Of a stretch of DNA of 64,000 bases, positions 43,040 through 51,639 are shown piece by piece. The first letter of the stretch is position 1; every line of letters begins with the position of its first letter. A model generated the notes under the pieces. It made no database searches, was not told the DNA's origin, and saw only the letters and a list, made by a program, of their open reading frames with translations. Origin of the DNA: an uncultured delta proteobacterium (GTDB lineage Bacteria; Desulfobacterota; Binatia; UBA9968); NCBI GenBank assembly GCA_963728565.1, contig CAVSLC010000020.1, forward strand, positions 101,605 to 165,604. The letters run 5' to 3'. Position numbers and translations under genes: made by a program.

Positions 43040-43651
43040 ATGGTAAATTCGTGCTCTCCACTGTTTTCGCTGCTGTTCTTCTTTGGTACGACTATGCTGA
43101 TCTTGGCTCAGGCGCCTGCCACGGCGGCCGCGTCCACTACCGATGCGTCCGCGAAGAAACTCAACTGGGACGAAAAATTCGACGGCGTGGTCCACGACGC
43201 CAACACCATCGCCGGGTTTGTCGCCGAGTACCGTTGGCTGAGTAATTATTATCTCTGCAGAGTGGACTGGGACGGCCGCGTCTACGGTTCGGCGGAGGCG
43301 GCCTACCATTCGGGCAAGTATCCGGTGGCGGACCGTGACGTGTTCACTCGGCTCGACCCCGATCGGGCGCGAAAACTGTCGCGCACCAAACCCTATGACA
43401 CCGCCGCCTGGGAGATGCGCAAGGTGCCGACGATGCGCGCGGTCGTATGGGCGAAATTTTCGCAGAATCCGGAGCTTGCGACAAAGCTCCTGGCGACCGG
43501 AAGCCGCTACCTTGAGGAAACGAATTGGTGGGGCGATAAAATCTGGGGCGTTTACCGAGGCGAAGGGCAGAACCTCCTTGGCAAAATCATAATGGAAACC
43601 CGCGCCCGGCTCGCAAAGGCGAGCGCCGCTGCGCCGGTCACCACGAAATGA
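43040..43651 (+). CDS. NADAR (YbiA-like) family protein with a signal-peptide-like N-terminus
   Basis: WLSNYY, SAEAAY, AKFSQNPEL..KLLATG, LEE..WWGDKIWG and GQNLLGKIIMETR. Confidence 0.88.
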   Translation: MVNSCSPLFSLLFFFGTTMLILAQAPATAAASTTDASAKKLNWDEKFDGVVHDANTIAGFVAEYRWLSNYYLCRVDWDGRVYGSAEAAYHSGKYPVADRDVFTRLDPDRARKLSRTKPYDTAAWEMRKVPTMRAVVWAKFSQNPELATKLLATGSRYLEETNWWGDKIWGVYRGEGQNLLGKIIMETRARLAKASAAAPVTTK

Positions 43652-43810
43652 TCTGCCGTCCGCGCGGCACCCTCTTTAGCTTCGTCCGCGTCGAGGGTAA
43701 TCACATCCGGTGTAGCCGGTCTGTCCTGTAGTATGAGTTGACCAGGAACACCGAACGCCTTTAACTGATTGAGTCAAGTCTACGAGGTTTTTCGGCAGCC
43801 GCTCAGCTCG

Positions 43811-45259
43811 TTACGGTAACGGCGTCTTCAATCCCAGCTCATCGGCCACCGCCTGCTCGACGACGGTGCCCTTGAAGAAATCCAGATTGTTGCGCGTGTG
43901 CAGACGCGCGGCGTTGCTAAACGTGAATTCCCGGAAATCCTGCTCGGTCACGAAGCCCTTTTCGATCAGCTCGAACGCTTCAGGCATCACCTGTCTGAAA
44001 TCGGGCACGTCGAAATGCGTGAAGTCGGAGCTGAACACCGGCCGAAGCCGGACACCCATGCGCGGATCGAAGGCCCACATCGTTGCGCGATCGTCCGCCT
44101 CGCAGCCGAAGTAAAAGTTGTTGGAGAATACCGCGCGCACATCCTCCTTTGAGTTGATTCCTGCGGCTTCAAAATCATCCGCAACATGCTCAGGCCGGCT
44201 CAGCTCTTCCAGGCTGCACTCGGGGCGGAATGCGTCCAAGTTGTTCATGATCGCGGCGGCGTTGGCTTTCAGTCTTTGATCGCCATATCGGTCGATCAGC
44301 CGGTGCATCTCGGCGGTGCTGGTTGCGCTCGGATACTGCAGCCCATCGCGGCGGCGCTTCTCCCAGTGTTCGATTAAGTCGAGACACAACTGACAGGCCC
44401 AGCTTACGCCGCCTTCCATGAAACCGAAATTGAGGGTTGGGTAGCGGCGCGCGAGGCCACCCAGAAAGACACCGCGGGCGAAGGCGTGATTTGATTCGGC
44501 GAAGTGGCCGACGTGATTGTAGGTGAAATTGCTGATCGAGGCGCGATCCTGCCAACGGCCGCTGCCGGCGTGTTGGGTTACGGCCACGCCGAGCTCGACG
44601 CAGCGCCGCCAGACCGGCTCATAGTCGTAGGGGCTGTCCAGAGCAATGGTATCGATGTACCAGGCGGCCTTCTGCCGGTCGATTCCCTCCGCCGCGCTTG
44701 GGATCGGTCGCTCCTCGTTGCCACGCAGCATGATCGCTTTGAAACCTCGCTCTCTGACCGCGTATTCCAACTCCTCAAGCGCTTCGTCCGGCGTATGGGA
44801 GGGAATCATCGCTACCGGCGCAAACCTTGCGGCAAATGGCGCGAACATGTCAGCCGTCATCATGTTGTAGGCACGCACGGCGGCCCTGTGCAGATCGTCC
44901 TGAGCAATGCCGTTGATGCTGAGCCCGAAGCTCGGATAGATCAACGCGAAATCGATACCCAATTCGGGCAGACGCTCATTCAACAAAGCCGGCAGCAGCG
45001 CCGTGGCTTTATCGAGCGTATTGCTGGTCACACCCCACCAGATCGTGCGACGCAGACGTTTGTGCTGCCGCTCCGGCCAGGTCGCTCGGTACCAACTTTG
45101 ATTGCGCTGCCACAGCCCTCTAATTTGATCGACAGATCCAGCGCCACCCACCTCGCGGAGGTATTCGAGAAAGATCGGAATCGGCTCCATCCAGTGGCCG
45201 TCGCCGTCAATCACCGGGTGGTTTAGTCCGTCGTGTATCTCTTCCGCTCGATTTTCCAT
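43811..45259 (-). CDS. Amidohydrolase 2 family protein
   Basis: VIDGDGHWME, TQH, FGFMEGGVSW, GCEADD and FSSDFTHFD. Confidence 0.85.
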   Translation of the reverse strand: MENRAEEIHDGLNHPVIDGDGHWMEPIPIFLEYLREVGGAGSVDQIRGLWQRNQSWYRATWPERQHKRLRRTIWWGVTSNTLDKATALLPALLNERLPELGIDFALIYPSFGLSINGIAQDDLHRAAVRAYNMMTADMFAPFAARFAPVAMIPSHTPDEALEELEYAVRERGFKAIMLRGNEERPIPSAAEGIDRQKAAWYIDTIALDSPYDYEPVWRRCVELGVAVTQHAGSGRWQDRASISNFTYNHVGHFAESNHAFARGVFLGGLARRYPTLNFGFMEGGVSWACQLCLDLIEHWEKRRRDGLQYPSATSTAEMHRLIDRYGDQRLKANAAAIMNNLDAFRPECSLEELSRPEHVADDFEAAGINSKEDVRAVFSNNFYFGCEADDRATMWAFDPRMGVRLRPVFSSDFTHFDVPDFRQVMPEAFELIEKGFVTEQDFREFTFSNAARLHTRNNLDFFKGTVVEQAVADELGLKTPLP

Positions 45260-45342
45260 GGTCACGGCTCCTGTCGCTATCTATCTCCTCTGTTAGCGCC
45301 AAGCCGGCAAGTGGTCAATCGCCATCAATTCGAACAAAGAGG

Positions 45343-45793
45343 GTTCCAACCGTTCCACCGTTGCGCTTCGTTCAACCCGGATTCCGCAGTTGGGATTGGA
45401 TAGGAAGCGCGAGGCAGAACCCTTGCGCAGCGAAGTCGATGGGTTTGTGCCTCTGAGCAGCGATCACTCAGCGGTGCTTCGAGGGATTGTGGAAGCCTCA
45501 TAGCAGCGTCGTGCGAGATCCGCAGAATAACCTTGAAACTTCACAGCCGGACACCTTCGCTGCTCCAGGATTCCACCTCGCTTCCGGCATTTTTGGTTCG
45601 ACTGCGGAATACGGGTTCAAACATTCCAATCGTTAATGAAACGATTCTGTCCGGTCTGTTGAAACGCCTGGTATGGTTTGAACTTAACAGGAGATAGTGA
45701 AGCGAGTGAACCGGCGCCGGATTAAGGTGTATCAACTGGACCGCAGTGCGGCATCGAGTTAGAACTTCTGGAACAACTGGAACTGTTGGAACG
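45343..45793. repeat. 9-bp-periodic GTTCCA / TGGAAC repeat element interrupted by the MITE
   Basis: gttccaacc-gttccacc-gttgc...gttcaa on the left; gaacttc-tggaacaac-tggaactgt-tggaacggg on the right. Confidence 0.65.
45376..45615. mobile_element. 240-bp MITE with 17-bp TIRs and 5-bp direct repeats (IS1380-like ends)
   Basis: ttcaa|CCCGGATTCCGCAGTTG ... CGACTGCGGAATACGGG|ttcaa; the TIRs match at 15 of 17 positions. Confidence 0.8.
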
Positions 45794-45801
45794 GGCCGCA
45801 G

Positions 45802-46908
45802 TTATAATACGATTTTCTGCCGTTGCCCGCTTTTTGAAGCGCGCACGATCGCGTCCAACGTCCGATGACGGCGCACGGCGTGATCGAAGTCGGTCTCGAT
45901 AGCCGAGCCGGCGCGTATTGCCTCGGCAAACTTGACCCACATCTGGCCCACTTCGTAGGCGGGACCGTCCGTGCGCACGGCTTCGGGCACCCACTTGAGT
46001 CGCTCCGGCACGGTCAACTCCTGCAGCGCCTTGTCGTCTTTCCGTCCGCCCATAATTTTACGCTGCTGCTCCCCGCCACCCTCGCCGCCGCCGATCATCG
46101 CCAGCGTGCCCTCCCTGCCGTAAATCTCCAGCCGATGCCCGCTACCGTGATACGGATGCACGCCGCAGTAGGCATTGACGATGGCGCCGTTTTCGAAGCG
46201 GCCGTGAACCGCGATGTTGTCGGGTGAGGTGACGTCCACGTATTTTTTGGTGTCGGTCTCGAACCATTGGGGAACCTGCGTACTGACCATCGCGGAGAGT
46301 TCGGCCAGTTCGCCGACCACCATGCACATGGCGTCGAACACGTGCGCAAACGTAATCGTCAGCGTGTTCGCGCCCAAGGTGACATCGCGCTGCCAGGTGC
46401 GGTCCGAAGGGCGGTTTAGCACACCGCTACCCATAAGCGTCATATTCACAGCCAGCACCTGCCCGACGTAATCTTGCTGAATCAATTCGCGCATGTACAG
46501 ATAAGCGGGCGACGCGCGGCGCTGCAAGCCGACCATGGTGCGAACGTTTTTCCGGCGCGCCAGCGCCGCCAGATCTTCGGCCTCTTTGGTATTCGCGCCG
46601 AGCGGCCATTCGCAGAAAACGTGCTTGCCCGCTTCAATGGCATGTTTCGTGAGCTCGTAATGCGCCGGCACCCGCACTGCGACCGCCACGACTTCGACCT
46701 GCGTATCCGCATTTAGCTCTTTGTCGTTGCCATATGCGCGCATCACGCCAAGCTTATCGGCCGCTGCCTGCGCGGTATCCGCATGCGCCGTGCACACGGC
46801 GTAGAGCTCGGCTTCGGGCACGCCCTTCAACGCCGGCGCATGCGCTCGCGGTCCCCATCTGCCCCCTGCTCCAATGAGTCCTACGCGGATTGGATTGAGT
46901 TGGGTCAT
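45802..46908 (-). CDS. Gfo/Idh/MocA oxidoreductase
   Basis: RVGLIGAG and AGKHVFCEWPL. Confidence 0.92.
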   Translation of the reverse strand: MTQLNPIRVGLIGAGGRWGPRAHAPALKGVPEAELYAVCTAHADTAQAAADKLGVMRAYGNDKELNADTQVEVVAVAVRVPAHYELTKHAIEAGKHVFCEWPLGANTKEAEDLAALARRKNVRTMVGLQRRASPAYLYMRELIQQDYVGQVLAVNMTLMGSGVLNRPSDRTWQRDVTLGANTLTITFAHVFDAMCMVVGELAELSAMVSTQVPQWFETDTKKYVDVTSPDNIAVHGRFENGAIVNAYCGVHPYHGSGHRLEIYGREGTLAMIGGGEGGGEQQRKIMGGRKDDKALQELTVPERLKWVPEAVRTDGPAYEVGQMWVKFAEAIRAGSAIETDFDHAVRRHRTLDAIVRASKSGQRQKIVL

Positions 46909-47155
46909 CGTTTTCCTCTTGGTAGTGAATTAAAGTTATCGGCGCAACGCAAGGAAGACCACAAAGATGTCCCAGCGACAGTTCAGAGTCTTACGTTATA
47001 TCAATCTTAGAAAAAAGTCTGAGCTAGACGCGCGCCCGTTACGTTGACTAAACTTCTCACAGATAGCGTGAGTTGTAGCTCGGCAGCGACACGGAACGAG
47101 CCCAGAAAATCGCATCGAAGTATTTGGCTAACCACCATAACGATAATGCGAACCG

Positions 47156-48148
47156 CTAGAACCGCCCTTCTTTCTCCATCCTGCGCACCGCGCTGTCTTC
47201 GATTAACTCTTCCGCTTTAAGGCGGCGAATCTTCTCGTTGTTGGCGCCCAGCAGACGAATGACATTACGAATGCCATCGGCGCTGGGGTAAATCTTACGT
47301 TCGTACAGATTGACCATCGTGCGATAGCCATCTTCGGCATCTTCGATCCGTCTAAAGCGCAGCGCCTTGGCGAGACTCTTGGTAACCTGGCTCTTGTTAT
47401 CAGGATTGCGGATGAACGCGACGCTATCCAATAATGCTCTGAGCACACTGTCGACTGCGGCGGGAGACGACGTGACGAAGCTCCGCCGCGCCATCAAGCC
47501 TGAGCCCTGATAGGGTATCGGCAACTTCTCGCTGTCGGCCAGGACGGTGAAGCCTTTGCCCTCGAGCATCTTGCCGAAGGTGTAACCGAGGAACGACGCA
47601 TCTACGGTGCCGTTGAGCACGCCCTGAGCCATGACCGCCTGCTCGCCCAACGTTCTGAATTGGATTTTGTCGCGCTCGGGGACCAACCCCCAGTAATCCA
47701 GCATCAACATGGAAAAAATCCATCCGCCGCCGCTCAAGCTGTTGACCCCGAGACTCTTGCCCTTTAAATCCGCCGGCGTTTTGATCTTTGGATTGGCCAC
47801 GAACATGCCTGACAGCCGGTTAATAAATCCGGCAACAAACACCAGGTCGGCCCCTTCGGCAATCGCGCCCAGGTTCGCGCCGGAAACCGAGCCCCAGTGA
47901 AATTGAGTTTCGCCCGAGCTCAGAGCCGACATCGCCACCGGCCCATTGCGAACCTGGACGAAACTCAAATCGACGCCGTGCTTGCGGAATAAGCCCTGGT
48001 CCTGAGCTACATAAACCGCGCCATCGCGCTCGCTGGCCGATCCCGAGGTCATGATGATCTTGTGTAGCGGCGCAGCGCTTTCAGCCGATTGAAAGGAAGG
48101 AATAAGAACAAAAAACAAGACGAGCAAATAAACCGATCGAGTTTTCAT
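47156..48148 (-). CDS. NitT/TauT-family ABC substrate-binding protein
   Basis: Signal peptide, GLFRKHGVD and DLKGKSLGV; paralog of 6179-7188. Confidence 0.85.
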   Translation of the reverse strand: MKTRSVYLLVLFFVLIPSFQSAESAAPLHKIIMTSGSASERDGAVYVAQDQGLFRKHGVDLSFVQVRNGPVAMSALSSGETQFHWGSVSGANLGAIAEGADLVFVAGFINRLSGMFVANPKIKTPADLKGKSLGVNSLSGGGWIFSMLMLDYWGLVPERDKIQFRTLGEQAVMAQGVLNGTVDASFLGYTFGKMLEGKGFTVLADSEKLPIPYQGSGLMARRSFVTSSPAAVDSVLRALLDSVAFIRNPDNKSQVTKSLAKALRFRRIEDAEDGYRTMVNLYERKIYPSADGIRNVIRLLGANNEKIRRLKAEELIEDSAVRRMEKEGRF

Positions 48149-48483
48149 GAATCTGCTCCCGTTTTAAATAGGATGATCAGAATCCGCCTGCTACTCTGCG
48201 ATCGCACCCGATCTTGGCAAAGAGTTTATCCTGCGGCAAGCGCTGAATGAGTGAATTTGTTAGCGGTTGAAGCCACAGCCAGCGCTCGCGGCATCGCGGG
48301 AGTTTTTATTATTAAGACGAGGCATAACTTCTTGGCAAGCCGCCTCTTTCATGCCATTGATCCATTAGATTTATATTCGGCGTATTCCGTTTACCATGTG
48401 CCGCCCATCGATCTATCGCTGTAGCTGTAATAGGCCTATCAGAGATTGTCAGCAGAACGCACGATCAAGGAGGAGCTTAAGCG

Positions 48484-49152
48484 ATGAAAACCCTTTATCT
48501 CTCGATCATAACAGTGACTGTAGCCGTGCTGGGTATCACATGGGTCACGGCTCAGGACCGAGACACATCGATGAGTTTTTTTGTCACCAGCGCTGGTCCT
48601 GGCAACGGCGCTGACCTCGGCGGACTGAAAGGAGCGGATGCGCTTTGCCAGAAGATGGCCGCGGCTGGTGGAGCAGCCAGCGGTAATTGGCGCGCCTATC
48701 TGAGCGTCAGCGCCAATGATGGAAAAGCTGCGGTAAACGCGCGTGATCGCATCGGCAAAGGTCCCTGGTACAATGCCAAAGGAGTTAAAATAGCCGACGA
48801 CGTCGAGAACCTTCATTCGGATAAGAACAATCTAAACAAGGAAACGGCCTTGGACGAAAAAGGTAATCGGGTTAATGCTCGCGGCGACAAGCCGAACAAG
48901 CACGACATCTTGACCGGCTCTAAGAGCGACGGCACCGCCTACCCGGCAAGTCCAAACTTAACATGCGAAAACTGGACAGCCGGCAATTCAACCAAGCTCC
49001 CCGGAGCCGCTCAAGTCGGCCATCATGACCGCGAGGGTAATTCGCCTGAGGGCGTGTCTTGGAATTCGGCGCATGCCTCCCGCGGCTGCGGTCAAGAAGA
49101 TCTCAGATCTTCCGGCGGCGATGGCTTGGTCTATTGCTTTCTTGGGCGGTAA
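48484..49152 (+). CDS. Secreted endostatin/C-type-lectin-fold-like protein
   Basis: Signal peptide; SFFVTS, GGLKGADALCQ, WRAYLS, HDILTGS, TCENWT and YCF. Confidence 0.75.
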   Translation: MKTLYLSIITVTVAVLGITWVTAQDRDTSMSFFVTSAGPGNGADLGGLKGADALCQKMAAAGGAASGNWRAYLSVSANDGKAAVNARDRIGKGPWYNAKGVKIADDVENLHSDKNNLNKETALDEKGNRVNARGDKPNKHDILTGSKSDGTAYPASPNLTCENWTAGNSTKLPGAAQVGHHDREGNSPEGVSWNSAHASRGCGQEDLRSSGGDGLVYCFLGR

Positions 49153-49234
49153 AAAATACAGACCGGACGCCTAGCAGGGCGTGTGACCGTTCTTAAAGAA
49201 TTTATTCAACTGAGCCTCTTGGGAAGTACGGGAT

Positions 49235-49430
49235 CTAGCTGAGTAGCTCGATGACCATTATAAAGGCAAAAGGCGCCATGGATGTTCCTCCGCCTGACTT
49301 CAGGCACGCCTCATACATTTCGCGGTATTCCTGCCACAGTTTTTCGGGCTCCTCGTCAGGCGCCAGACAGTCTGCCGGAGAAAATTGCCGTCTGACCGAA
49401 CTGATGCCGGTGTTAAAGCGTTGAAGATGC
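49235..49430 (-). CDS. C-terminal fragment of a hypothetical protein, truncated at the junction
   Basis: HLQRFNTGISSVRRQF...VIELLS* in moderate-GC sequence, with no start of its own. Confidence 0.5.
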
Positions 49431-49918
49431 TCCGCCTGCGACCAACCAAGCTCCCGGCGACGCGCCCGCACCGTGGCCCCGAGCGCGCCGCCGCCGGGCG
49501 CGGCGATCGCGGCCGTCGGCGGCGGGGTCGCGCAGGGCCGGACCCGCGCCGCCGCCGCGCCCGGCGGGCGCGCCGGGCCCCGCGTTGCGAGCCACTCCTC
49601 GGCCTCCTTCAGGCAGAGGCCGTCCCGGCCGTCGGGCCCCACCCGCGCGTTCGTCCTGGGGTCGACGAAGTAGTCGGCGCCGAAGTCGGGCCCGCGGGGA
49701 TCGCGGGTGCGCGACCGGCGCAGCGCATAGCCGTGGCGCTGGGCGAGGGAGCGGACCCGGGCCTCCAGGTCCGGTGCGCCGCTCCCGCTCGCCGATCGGA
49801 CAGTCCCGGCGAGCGCCGCGGCGGAAGCGTCCGACAGCGCCGCTCGCTGCGCCTCGGTCAGCCCCGGGAAGGCGGCCGCCGGCGGGCGGGGCGCGGGAGT
49901 GTCGTCGGGCCGGCGCAT
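49431..49918 (-). CDS. N-terminal part of an XRE-type HTH protein, truncated at the junction
   Basis: GGAGG RBS and ATG at 49918; ends LGATVRARRRELGWSQAE, the first helices of an XRE HTH. Confidence 0.6.
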
Positions 49919-50199
49919 CGGGCGGTCCTCCAGCCGGCCGGAAGGTACGCCGCGGCGGGGCGGCACGGCCGGGCCATCGTCTGGCAGCGCGTCGCGGTTC
50001 GGGGGTCCCGGCCGCCATTACTCCGCAGCCGAGCATCGTCCGGTAAGCACGCGCATACCCGGTTCGCGCGTACATTTGTCATCGAATCGACGACCCCTGC
50101 GCCCAGGTCCCGAACATCCGTGCCCAAATATCCCCGAGGCCGCTTGCGGAAACCGCGCCCGGGGAGTCGCATCCGCCGCGGATTTGCGTCTTCCGGGGG

Positions 50200-50401
50200 C
50201 GCCCGAGACCGCCAAGGCCGCCAAGCCGCTCTCGCCCAAGCGCGTCGCCTTCGTCGCGGCGACCAGCAGTACCGGACCGACCGGCTGATCGAACGCCAGG
50301 GCAAGCTGATGTGGATCGACTCCGAGCGGGCCGCCGACCCGTTCCTGCCCAAGGACCTGGGCAGCTCGACTGGCGACGTCGTCAAGCGGCGAAAACGGTG
50401 A
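50200..50401 (+). CDS. Hypothetical protein fragment, frameshifted, start not found
   Basis: Strong third-position GC bias in ETAKAAKPLSPKRVAFV and then DQQYRTDRLIERQGKLMWIDSERAADPFLPKD. Confidence 0.35.
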
Positions 50402-50733
50402 ACATGCGCATCGGGTGTCTCTTCCGCATCCATCGCCGGAGTGCCGTGAGCGGGGCCCGGGCTGACCGCCCGCCACCAGTCCGCGACCAGGCCCAGAGCG
50501 GCACATCCGCGAGACCGCTAATTTCACCGGCGGCTCTGGGAGGGGAAGGTGACATCCCCTCAGCACCGATCCATCTTCGGCGCGACACGCGGTGTGGCGG
50601 CCATCGTCGTTGTCGCGGGCCGAACGCTGTGCTATCGTCCGGCTCCCGACGGCGGATCGCTCCCCGCGTCCCGCGTCTCCCCGCGCGCTGCCCCGCCGCC
50701 GGCTGGTCGCCTGCCGAGCGCCCGGAGACGCCG

Positions 50734-51195
50734 ATGCCCAGGATCGTCGCCGACATCGTCGACGCCTACGTCTTCCGCAAGGTCAACGCGCGGATGCAGT
50801 TCCTGCTCTTGCTGCGCCGCGCCGACGCCACCTTCGGCCACTCCTGGCAGGGCATCCACGAGCAGATCGAGCCGGGCGAAACGGCCCTCGAGGCGGCCGA
50901 GCGGGCGGTGCTGAACGCGACCGGCCTGACCGTCACCGAAGCCTACTCGGCCGACTTCATCAACCAGGTCTACGACCACACCCGCGACGCGATCGTCCTG
51001 GCGCCCGTCTTCGCCTTCGCCGTGCCGCCGCGGGCTCCCGTCCACCTGAGCGAGGACTACGGCGACAGCGCCTGGTGCGAGCGCGAGGAGGCGACCGCCC
51101 GCCTGATGTGGTCCGGCCAGCGCTGGGCGATCCGCCACATCGACGAGGTGATCGGCCTCGGCGGCCCGGACGCGGAGTTCTATCGCGTCCGCTAG
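50734..51195 (+). CDS. Nudix-fold protein (NudB-like) with a degenerate Nudix box
   Basis: FLLLLR...WQ.....IEPGETALEAAERAVLNATGL; GGAG RBS. Confidence 0.8.
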   Translation: MPRIVADIVDAYVFRKVNARMQFLLLLRRADATFGHSWQGIHEQIEPGETALEAAERAVLNATGLTVTEAYSADFINQVYDHTRDAIVLAPVFAFAVPPRAPVHLSEDYGDSAWCEREEATARLMWSGQRWAIRHIDEVIGLGGPDAEFYRVR

Positions 51196-51244
51196 GCCAT
51201 TTGAGACGCGCGCCGGCGGTTCACCTGATGCCATTCCGGCGGAC

Positions 51245-51279
51245 TTGACAACCGCGCAATGAAGTAGTACATTAGTTCT
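51245..51279 (+). promoter_or_regulatory. Sigma70 promoter with an overlapping LexA-type box
   Basis: TTGACA-17 bp-TACATT; AGTAC-ATTA-GTTCT at 51266-51279. Confidence 0.75.
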
Positions 51280-51280
51280 C

Positions 51281-51567
51281 AAGCGGCACGTCCGGGATCG
51301 GGCGCGGGCCTGGGCAGCGCCTCACCGTCCCCGGGATGCCTTCCCGTCACCCACGGCCCTGGTGCTAACCCAGGTACAGAGAGCCCCTCCCCTTCGCTGG
51401 GTAGCAGCCCAATCCCTGTCCCAGTCGCGTATCTGCTCTCCGCCCCGCCGATCGGCCCGCGCCGGACGCCCTCGCCTCCGGGCCGCGCCGACCCGCTCGC
51501 CGGGGGTCAGCGATGCGAGCCCGCGGGGCCGCCTGGCGCGCAAGCGCCCGCGGCCCGCTCGGGAGGG
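51281..51567 (+). ncRNA. Candidate structured ncRNA, copy 1
   Basis: Homologous to 62414-62705 (-); compensatory substitutions in hairpins; no conserved sense ORF. Confidence 0.7.
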
Positions 51568-51639
51568 TCGAGTCCATCACGTTCTCGATCGGTTCGACAG
51601 CCTCCCCGTGCGCCCGCGGCGCCACGAACACCGCTCCCA

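Noticed and set aside
49235-49966. Novel 243-aa fusion protein
   Set aside because: It spans the compositional junction and is an artefact of the join
51281-51567. Identification as SRP, RNase P, tmRNA, Y RNA or HDV-like ribozyme
   Set aside because: The SRP GGAA tetraloop motif, the RNase P GAGGAAAGTCC motif and tRNA-like ends are absent; there is no Ro60 gene nearby; the CCTCGC seen in copy 1 is not conserved in copy 2
51365-51631. Antisense ORF similar to ORF 62215-62664 (RIADPRR.GRRGPEA)
   Set aside because: Starts and ends are not shared, the frames diverge after TRLG, changes are mostly non-synonymous, and the promoters point the other way; high-GC shadow ORFs
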